Translations under genes and position numbers: made by a program
Shown here: positions 53,945 through 64,000 of the stretch, piece by piece
How the letters are laid out: every line of letters begins with the position of its first letter
How positions within the stretch are numbered: the stretch's first letter is position 1
The notes under the pieces: generated by a model
Database searches by the model: none
Seen by the model: the letters and a program-made list of their open reading frames with translations, nothing else
Told to the model about the DNA's origin: nothing
Assembly (NCBI GenBank): GCA_951406725.2
Contig: OX597821.1
Location: 102,486,001-102,550,000 of the forward strand
Direction of reading: 5' to 3'
DNA: 64,000 nt
From: Octopus vulgaris
Lineage: Eukaryota

Positions 53945-54709
53945 CTTTTCTACTCTAGGCACAAGGCCCGAAATTTTGGGGGAGAGTGTCAGTCAATTAG
54001 ATCGACCCCAGAACGCAACTAGTACGTAATTCATCGCCCCCGAAAGGATAAAAGATAAAGTCGACCTCGGCGGAATTTGAACCCACAACGTAAAGACAGA
54101 TGAAATACCTATTTCTTTACTACCCACAAGGGGCTAAAACACAGAGAGGACAAACAAGGACAGACAAACGGATTAAGTCGATTATATCAACACAGTGCGT
54201 AACTGGTACTTATTTAATCGACCCCGAAAAGATGAAAGGCAAAGTCGACCTCGGCGCAATTTGAACTCAGAACGTAACGGCAGACGAAATACCTATTTCT
54301 TTACTACCCACAAGGGGCTAAACACAGAGGGGATAAACAAGGACAGACAAATGCATTAAGTCGATTATATCAACCCCAGTGCGCAACTGGTACTTATTTA
54401 ATCGACCCCGAAAGGATGAAAGGCAAAGTTGACCTCGGCGGAATTTGAACTCAGTACGTAACGGCAGACGAAATACCTATTTCTTTATTACCCACAAGGG
54501 GCTAAACACAGAGGGGACAAACAAGGACAGACATAGGTATTAAGTTGATTACATCGACCCCAGTGCGTAACTGGTACTTAATTTATCGACCCCGAAAGGA
54601 TGAAAGGCAAAGTCGACCTCGGCGGAATTTGAACTCACAACTCGGCAGACGAAATACCGCTACGCATTTCGCCCGGCGTGCTAACGTTTCCGCCAGCTCG
54701 CCACCTTGT
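53945..54709 (-). mobile_element. tRNA-derived SINE family 3, four-unit head-to-tail array (monomers/dimers at ~4741-5130, 8475-8665, 25135-25590, 29658-29890, 39411-39625, 46635-47107, 50695-50902, 53130-53548, 57740-58120)
   Basis: ggcgagctggcagaa...gagttcaaattcc head; conserved gaggtcgactttgcctttcatcctttcggggtcgataaattaagtacc body; array flanked by 15-bp TSD acagga(t/c)caaatatt. Confidence 0.88.
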
Positions 54710-55469
54710 ACAGGACCAAATATTGCAACAGCTTGGGTTTCAAGGACCCACAAATCTCCAATATCATTACAAAAAACCTTAGAGACCAACATGAGGCGGA
54801 TATAGGTATCTTAAAAAAAATCTCCCCCTGTCAAGAGTTCCAGAGGCTGGAAATGCAAATGAGGGTAGCAACACCAAACTCCATTCGCCAAATGCCACAT
54901 ATCAGAGGAAGTTTCAAGTAATGAAAGTGTAGCAAAACTAACAGCGGTGCTCCAGCATGGACACAGTTATTGAGCTAAAACTAGTAACTGAATAAAAGAA
55001 TGAACCAAAAACAAAAACCAAAGAAAAAAACTGCGATTTTTTTTCATCAAACTATCCTTTTTTACTAATTTCACTTTTCTGCTCACTCTTGCATAATGTG
55101 AACACATATACATTGCACACACACATCGACATGCATACATTCACATAAATTTAACATGATCATAGGCACACAGTACAGGCACCCGGATATCTAGCAGACA
55201 CGCAATCATTGCTAGTAGTGTACATAAAATTCATTGCGGATAGAAAATGCCAGACAACTTTTGGTTCAGAAGCTTGGTAATAGTTGAACTGGGTCGCTAT
55301 TTCAACCCACTGCTAAGCGTTGCACCGACTCATATGCGTAAAAGCACATGACTATGTACGAGTCTCTTACTCGCTCGCTCGTCCAAATGGAAATGGAGAT
55401 GGTGATTTGATATGAATAACATAACTGAGTCTCGCAGACACTTCCACTGCCACGCAATCAAAAACGTGA

Positions 55470-56700
55470 CACATGGCAGAACAACTGATGTGGCAGACTG
55501 GGACGAGCTGTGTAAAATACAGAGGTGGTTATTTCGTCGACAAGTAGTCAGCAAGCAACCACCAAACGGACAACATGGATTAAGGCGGGAAGAAAGCCTT
55601 CAACACAAACTTCTTCAACGATTCGAACAGCAAAGACAACTGACAAGCACATACAGCATACACATGGGTCTACAATTGGGCACAAGAAAACGAGTTTTCT
55701 GGGGCAGACGTTGTTAAAATAGATTTTAACGATGAGAAGCACCAGATGGTTTTTAAAATAGTACTCCTCTTCCATAATCAAATACCATGCAAAATGTCCC
55801 AGCCGAATTAAAAGATGCGACGATATAGACCACTTCCATATCATTTCGTGACACAAAACACATCCAACGTCGAGAAGTACATTCAGCAAACTTTAAAAAC
55901 TTTTACACGACCACGACAAATTACAAGGATACGAGATGAACATAGTAAAAATTGACTCACCAGCAGGCTTCGGTGAATACTTACAAAAATACCCGGTAAT
56001 AGCCTGTAATCATATACGCAGGAATTCGCAGAGACAACTCCTGATGCTCACAGACAAAGCAACATATTCGTTTAAACCGAAAGACGAACACATAAACAAA
56101 ATATGTATGCAAAAAACAACGATACCGTACGATGAAAGATAATTTTAGTTCATAAAAATATATTGATGAACAAATGCAATAACACAGACTTTGGAGATAT
56201 AATAAATTTCTCAGTACAGCAGGAAAGGGTAAATACAGAGCTGTATCGGACGCCATCTACATGAAGACACCTTAACTATTGTTTCTCACAACCGATATGG
56301 CCACAAATACGAACCCCACCCCACAAACTTCGTCAATTTCTACATCAAATAGGAAACCGTTACTGAGAGAAGGACGTCTATCTAGGCATCTACGAGAAAC
56401 GGTGTTCCTTCCAAAATATCATTCCACGGGATTTAGCTTAAGACTTGTTTAACGTACGTCATAAGATATAACCGAAAAAGAGTTCGCTATATATTATCGG
56501 TGTACCAAATAGTTACGTCCTCCATTCGATCAGAAATAGCCCCATGAATGGCAGCGGAATGATGTGCCAAGCGTCGTACAATTTCACTTCCGGCACCTGA
56601 GTCGACAAAATACCCATATTTCCCGGTGAAATGTGGTTTACGCCGAAGAATATCGAAGAGGCAGAGTGTGTCTTAAAAGAAATTGAAACATAAAACATAA
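55470..56700 (+). pseudogene. Endogenous parvovirus-like NS1/Rep remnant (HUH endonuclease + SF3 helicase)
   Basis: Read through stops and one frameshift: DDIDHFHII (HUH, 55828), GEYLQK (YxxK), NVRHKI*PKKSSLYIIGVPNS-YVLHSI (Walker A region lacking GKS, 56472-56530), NFTSGT*VDKIPIFPGEMWFTPKNIEEAECVLKE (Walker B/B'); motif order and spacing fit NS1. Confidence 0.75.
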
Positions 56701-56881
56701 TTCAGAGAGAATAATGCCAAAAAAAAAAAAAACACTGCAACATGGACCTTTGCCAAAAAACACTGTAACATGGACTTTTGTCAAAGAAAAGTGAGAAAAC
56801 CAAAAAAATGGGAAGCAGATTGAAACCGAAAGAAGATGGAAACAAAAGGTGTAGAAGAAATTTTACAGGGACACAAAAGCC

Positions 56882-56988
56882 GAAACCGATTCGGAGAAGA
56901 GGTGGCTATGGATGTGGAAACCGATTCGGAGAAGAGGTGGCTATGGATGTGGAAACCGATTCGGAGAAGAGGTGGCTATGGATGTGGA
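56882..56988 (+). repeat. 35-bp tandem repeat, 3 copies
   Basis: gaaaccgattcggagaagaggtggctatggatgtg x3. Confidence 0.95.
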
Positions 56989-57572
56989 AAAGTGATCTTC
57001 AACTAGAAACAGAATCTTTAATAATGCCAAAAAAACCTGTAACATGGACCCTTGGAATCGTGTGCCCCAAGTGGGGACAGAAAGAACTAATCTCATTGAT
57101 GTGGATCACCATATGGAGAGACAGCAGCGACGATTACGACCAAATTACATTCTCTACCAATAAATACGATATGCCGAAGCAACATAAGAGACGTCACATC
57201 ATCAAGAAAAAGGAAATTATAATCTATAAACAATTCCCAAGAAGAAATCCCAACCTGCAGGCGTAAACTCCAAAGACAAAATGGGAGGAGAAAGAGACAA
57301 TCGAAGAGGAAGGTACAAACAACCATAACTGCGGATGCGCGTTTCTTTGGAAGACAGCGACTGGGAATTAGATATCACACAACACGGACAATCATGTAAA
57401 AAGATGGCCTAGAAAATTAAACAGTGTGTAATTTCATATTGTTGTTATCGTCTTGTTTTCAATTATTTTCGACTTGCTTGTTTACGTATTTTCAACTTTT
57501 ACTAATATCATCGAACGGCGGTGTTATGAGGGATCATGTTCATACTATTTTTCTGATATTTTGAATTACAAA

Positions 57573-57729
<157 letters not shown>

Positions 57730-58339
57730 AGTATTTTAAGTTGGCGAGCTGGCAGAAGCGTTAGCACGCCGGGCGAAATGCTTAGCGGTATTTCGTCTGC
57801 GTTACGTTGTGAGTTCAAATTCCGCCGAGGTCGACTTTGCCTTTCATCCTTTCGGGGTCGATAAATTAAGTACCAGTTACGCACTGGGGTCGATGTAATC
57901 GACTTAATACCTATGTCTGTCCTTGTTTGTCCCCTCTGTGTTTAGCCCCTTGTGGGTAATAAAGAAATAGGTATTTCGTACGTCTCTATGTTCTAAGTTC
58001 AAATACCACTGAGGTTGACTTAACCTTTCTTTCTTTCAGAGTCGATAAAATAAGTAGTCAATGTAATCGACTTAACCACTTCTTTAAAATTGATGGCCTC
58101 GTGCCAAAATTTGAAACCATTGTCGTTCCACTTTGTTGATGATGTAACACAGGCGCCAGCTCTCCACAACGAGTGGACTGGGGTAGCACCTTCAATTGAA
58201 GGTGCTATCCCTGTCCACTTTTCTAAGTATTCTAAGTACTTTTTCTAAGTACTTTTCTAAGTATTCTAGCAGTACCAAGAAGTGTTGTTTTCTGTAAGTG
58301 CTCCACCCTGATATTGTTCCCGATTTTTAAAAAAATTGT

Positions 58340-58840
58340 TTTTTTAGTTGTGGTGCTCACATTACAAAGAACCACGACAAAAATTGGGTGGAATATCTCA
58401 GTGGAGACCTCAATAAAATGTAAGCGCAACAGACCTGATATAATGATTTGGGATAGAGAAGAGAAACTGTGCACAGTTGTGGAAATTAACTGCCCAGCGG
58501 ATGTTAACATAAAGCTGAACATCAGTGAAAAAGAGAACACCTATGCTGAACTATTGAAAAATCTGCAGGTAGTCTATCCAGATTACAAGCTCAGGTTTAT
58601 GCTTGTAATTTTTGGAGCGCTGGGATATGTAACACACTGCCTAAATACCAATATTGAGAAATTAGGCTTCTCAAAACCAGAAAGGAAAGAGCTAATTCGA
58701 AGACTACACATCCAATCCATCACTGGAACTGTAAAGATCTGTAAAACTTTCCAGAAGTTTATCATTTAAATATATATGAGCATGTCTAGATATGCAACTA
58801 TATGCATGAAAATACATACATAAAACAAACAAATCTGCAC
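58340..58840 (+). mobile_element. RLE-type non-LTR retrotransposon 3' fragment ending at a (CATA)n tract
   Basis: RPDIMIWDREEKLCTVVEINCP...EKENTYAEL...VIFGALG restriction-like endonuclease motifs; abuts an oppositely oriented RLE tail (58232-58315: EHLQKTTLLGTARILRK). Confidence 0.82.
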
Positions 58841-59319
58841 ATACATACATACATACATACATACATACATACATACATACATACATACATACATACATAC
58901 ATACATACATACATACATACATACATACTCTTTGCCTTCTCTTCTTGCTCACTTCACTGTGTCCCTGTCATTTTTTCTCGCTCCTCCTTAATTCTTCTGT
59001 CCCTCTGCTTCAACTTCTCTCTCTTCTCTTCCCACGTGACCGGCGTTCGGCCAAGCCTGCTCTTTCTTTTGGTCTGGCCGTTGTCCGTGCAACATCGATA
59101 TTCCTCCCTGTGTTTGTGAAATCTTCTATCCCTGCCGTAAGGCTTCATTTCCACACACGCCAGCTTAATTTAATTCGTCCTTAGTCGAAAGACACCTGTT
59201 GTTATGTCCTGTTATTATTTTTATTGTATTTGTGTAACATTGTCCGTTTTTTTCCGTCCTTGTTTTTGTATACATTCGCTGCTTTCTTCCAAGGAATCTA
59301 ATGCTCTTAGCTTAGTTTT

Positions 59320-59500
59320 TCTTTAGGGCTGGCCAGATTTGAGCAATCTCAAGTATAATCAGTCGAAATTGCCAAGATAATCTGGTATTTGACTGAGGAA
59401 AGAAAACTTCGAATGACCTGTCTTTGTTTTCTTTGTATCGTCACTCTGGATGTTTTGTTGTCCCATTTTTGTATCACCTAACTGTGTCCCATTTTGTATT
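59320..59500 (+). repeat. Unclassified dispersed repeat; second copy at ~41185-41385
   Basis: Shared gggctggccagatt(t/g)gagcaatctc...aagataatctggta...cgaatgacc...gtcccattttgtatt. Confidence 0.75.
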
Positions 59501-59763
59501 TTTTATATGCTTATATATTTATACATACATACATACATACATACATACATACATACATACATACATACATACATACATACATGCATAAAACAAACAAAAA
59601 TACCCTGTTGTTGATGTTGAAATTCCAATAAAGAGACTTGGATGTAGGTTAGAAACCGGTTCTTTCTCTATTGGCAAGAAATCTTGAAATAAACTGAATA
59701 ATGACATCCATCCATCCATCCATCCATCCATCCATCCATACATACATACATACATACATACAT

Positions 59764-59798
<35 letters not shown>

Positions 59799-59873
59799 TA
59801 AGTATGTACAGACACATATACACACATACACACGTACGTAGATGGTTTTGTAATAAGAACGTGTATTTGTTAC

Positions 59874-60009
59874 CCTTGTTTGATGAATGTTGCCCATAAA
59901 CGTATCAAATAGCGGGACATCATTCGGTCCCTGTTATCGTAACGGAAGTTAGCGTGTCCTCCTAATGGTGCGCCAATCAAGTAGAAAAGTTCGGAGCCGT
60001 GAAGGATTG
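59874..60009 (-). CDS. Type-B carboxylesterase/cholinesterase/neuroligin-like protein, penultimate coding exon
   Basis: Minus-strand tacAG acceptor and GTAAC donor; 136 nt; AILHGSELFYLIGAPLGGHANFRYDNRDRMMSRYLIRLWATFIKQG, matching the catalytic-His HGxEL.Y.xG motif and the W.xF.KxG motif of the family. Confidence 0.88.
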
Positions 60010-60116
60010 CTGTAATAATAGAGAAGAACAAGAATAATAAGGTATGTCTCATGTTAAACATTGTTGTAATTAGGTTAGTGTTGTTTATACATACATGCAT
60101 ACATACATACATACAT

Positions 60117-60168
<52 letters not shown>

Positions 60169-60394
60169 ACACACACATATATATATGTATATATATACAT
60201 ACATGTTTATATCTTATATGTATACATAATATATGTATACATAATATATGTATGTACGTATATATATATACGCAGATATATATACATATGCATACACACA
60301 CATACAAATAAAAATATACATATCCGACACGTGTATAACTACGTATGTATATTAATATACTCATATATATTAATATACGTATCTCTCGGTTTCT

Positions 60395-60899
<505 letters not shown>

Positions 60900-61162
60900 T
60901 ATACTAATATGCATATATATGTATATATAAGCGTACATTTATATATATGCATATATATACATGTATGTGCATATAGTATGCACACACGTATATATATGTA
61001 TATGTATATGTGATCTATTAATCTATCTGTGTGTCTATCTATATAATAGATGGACTCTGACGATCCGTCCATGGGGCTAAGCAAAACCATGGGGGTATGC
61101 AAAACCATTGGTCTCTCTATGACCGGACATAGACTTAACTTCATATATATATATATATATAG

Positions 61163-63511
61163 CACTGGTCAACTAGTATTTTTCATCAAGTATATTTCAA
61201 GGTGTACTTAGTGTAGTTTTTTACGCTGATTTCAAATATATAATTAGTTTTTTGACATCACGTACAGTTTTCAAGAATGAGAAAGTTGTTTTGGTTTTCG
61301 CCGATGCATTTTATAGAAATTCCAATTAATGACGTATATGCATGTATTTCATTTACATCATGGAAACATGCCTTTAAAATAAACTACATAATTCATTGCT
61401 GCATAGTTAACATGCAATATTTCATCATCTTAAATTAACATCTTAAATTAACCAATCAAGTTTTGTCTGATGAAATAGGTATATCAAGAAATTGTTCAGT
61501 CATTATTGGTCTGCAGAAATATTTCATTATCTCAAATTCAATATAAGTATAACCATTTGTATCTATTTCCTTACTTGTTTTACAGTGTTAACAATATCAA
61601 GACAGTGTAGAAATTGTCCTGATGTGTTTTGTTATGTCTGTGGACAATTTATTGTGAAGGCTCAAAAAACGTACAATAACACCAAAAATCAAGATTTATA
61701 AGCTATACTTTGACTGTCCTCTTGGAGATCAGGACATGTTATGGGCACCACATTTTATCTGCTCTCAGGTTTCTCAAATGGTTTACGTGACTGGTTCCAT
61801 AAGAAGAAGTCCATGCCTTTTGAAAACCATCCGGAGGGAACCAAAAGATCATTTTAATGACTGCTATTTTTGCAAAATAAATGTCAGAGGATTTTCTATG
61901 AAGATTAATCAAAACTGTATATACTAATTTGGATTCTGCAATGAAACCTGTGTCTCACAATGGAAGTCTGCCAATTCCAGTTCTACCAGATGGTGGTATT
62001 GAAACATCAGATGATGATGCTGACTCACGTTAGTGCTGCAGAAGAAGATTACGTGGCTGATGACGATGGCTTTGAGCCTCAGAAATTTTCCCAAGCTGAA
62101 CTGAATGAACTTGTCAGAGACCTATCCCTCTCAAAAGATAAAGCAGAACTGTTGGCACCAAGTCTGAAGGAGAAGTATCTGCTAGAGCACCGTGTTCATA
62201 TAACTTATTTTCGGCAGAGAAATGTGGTTCTACAAACGAGTTTTTCAGTTGAAGGCCCGCTTTGCTTTTGCAGTAACGTCGATGAACTTTTCGAATGTTT
62301 TTCACAAAATCATGATCTTGGAGTGTGGCGTTTGTTTATTGACTCTTCAAAACGAAATTTAAAAGCTGTACTTCTCCATAATGGTAATTTGAAGCCCTCC
62401 ATTCCTATTGCACATTCCGTTCTTCTTCATGAATCATATGAGAATATGGAATTTTAGTTCATGTCATTGCCTATGAAAGATACTCATGGAAAATATGTGG
62501 AGATTTAAAAGTCATTGGAATGTTGATGGGAATGCAGTCAGGTTTCACAAAATACTGTTGTTTCTTGTGTCTACGGGATAGTCGGGCAACTGACAGACGT
62601 TATTCGGAATCAAACTGGCAGACAAGAATATCATACCAGCCAGGACTATGTAGCTTCAAGAATACACCTCTTGAAGATCCATGTAATGTTCTATTGCCTC
62701 CTTTGCACATAAAACTTGAACTGATGAAACAGTTTGTACAGACATAAGGGAAGAGAAATACCAAAGGGTTTGGGTATATTGTAGAAAAGTTTCCCAAAAT
62801 CATCACAGGCGAAGTTGAAAAAAGGTATCTTTGTCGGACCCCAAATTAGAGAAGTATTCAAATATGTTAACTTCAAGACAACACTGGATGAACTGGAACT
62901 GCCTGCCTGCCTGGAATGATTTCAGCTGGATCTGTGGGAATTTCTTGGGCAACAAGAAGGCAATGGACTACAAGGGTGGCATCAAGAATCTTCTGAAATC
63001 TGACTCAGCAATGGGTTGTCGCATGTCATTGAAAGTTCACTTCTTGGACGCCCATCTGGATTTCTTCACAGATAACCTTGGAGCAGTGTCTGATGAACAT
63101 AGTGAAAGATTTCACCAGGACATTAGTGCTATGGAGAAACTGTACCAAGGCTTCTGGAATGACAACTGCTGGACACTTTACCGTGATCAACCAGATCAGG
63201 AACACCGCAGGAAATCCAAATCACAATGTTTCTAATTCTGTTGTTCTAACTTTGTTTTGTCTGACCCATTTTTTTGTGTATTCACTCTTTACTAGTCATG
63301 ATTTTTAACTCAAAAAACTCATTTACTTTCTAAAAATAATATGTCCTTATTTATTACGTTAATGATATCATATATACAAATATATAAATATTTGCTTGTA
63401 TCTACAGAAAAACTTATACTTGCTACATACAACTGGAGTAAAGTTTTGAAATTAGCCTAAAAAAGTTGGTTTGCATTCCTGAGTATAATATATTTAAAAT
63501 GTTGACCAGTG
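61163..63511 (+). mobile_element. CMC/Chapaev-3-like DNA transposon, decayed transposase
   Basis: Terminal CACTGGTCAAC...GTTGACCAGTG; subterminal inverted match (tttttacgctgatttcaaa / tttgaaattagcctaaaaa); near-3-bp TSD tag/taa; broken ORF ~61596-63235 with CRNCPDVFCYVCG, WAPH, REPKDHFNDCYFC, LFIDSSKRNLKAVLLHNGN, LLPPLHIKL, SDEHSERFHQDI. Superfamily name is from recollection of these motifs. Confidence 0.8.
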
Positions 63512-63816
63512 TAATTAACGATAAAATCAATTAATGATCTTATCAGTGGCCAGCATGTAATAAAAACCATATAGGTAAAAATTAATATAGATATATAATT
63601 CTATAGATATAATTATAATTAAGGGTACTGAGAAACAGCACCTAAATGACTCTAAAAACCACTTTCGGTGCGAATGGTCTTTTACACGGCGCCGAGTCTA
63701 CAATCCTGTGTTTTTATATAAGCTTCAGCTTATGGCGATCAACGTGCAACGACTAAGGAAAATAGTCTAATAAAAGGGCATATGAGCCGCTCGATAGAAA
63801 AAAAAAGAAGGCTTCC

Positions 63817-63888
63817 TATCCGTGTGGGAGTCGAACCCACATTTCTTTGTTAACGCGACTAAGTGTGTTACTTTTACACCAGCGAATC
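63817..63888 (-). pseudogene. tRNA-like sequence (degenerate)
   Basis: 72 nt; D arm gtgt-aaaagta-acac, perfect T arm gtggg-TTCGACT-cccac, imperfect acceptor and anticodon stems; T9 run 10 nt downstream on the - strand. Confidence 0.55.
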
Positions 63889-64000
63889 AGCCTCCCCATT
63901 TCTTTCAAATTTAAGAACTATAATAGTTCGTGTTTGTTTTTATGTTAACAAACTTTCTATATGCTTTCAGTGCGAATGTTTTTTTTTAAATACGGCGCCG

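Noticed and set aside
56882-56988. 35-bp repeats as a CRISPR-like array
   Set aside because: Units are directly adjacent with no spacers, no cas genes, and the context is eukaryotic.

Overview
AT-rich, microsatellite- and SINE-dense eukaryotic DNA; the repeat content points to an octopus (coleoid cephalopod) genome (inference). Two spliced host genes converge. On the + strand are the last nine coding exons of an MFSD14/HIAT1-family MFS transporter (4014-33843), followed by a probable ~5.4 kb 3' UTR rich in imperfect hairpins. On the - strand are the last two coding exons of a membrane-anchored type-B carboxylesterase/neuroligin-like gene (60009-52374). Introns and the intergenic space hold a full-length decayed mariner, a Chapaev-3-like transposon, a Helitron-like element, piggyBac- and hAT-type MITEs, RTE and RLE-type LINE fragments, several tRNA-derived SINE families, and Penelope-like ends carrying minimal hammerhead ribozyme motifs. 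The most notable unexpected feature is a decayed parvovirus-like NS1 (HUH endonuclease plus SF3 helicase motifs) at ~55.5-56.7 kb, antisense within an intron of the - strand gene. All calls are by-eye motif recognition; no database search was run.
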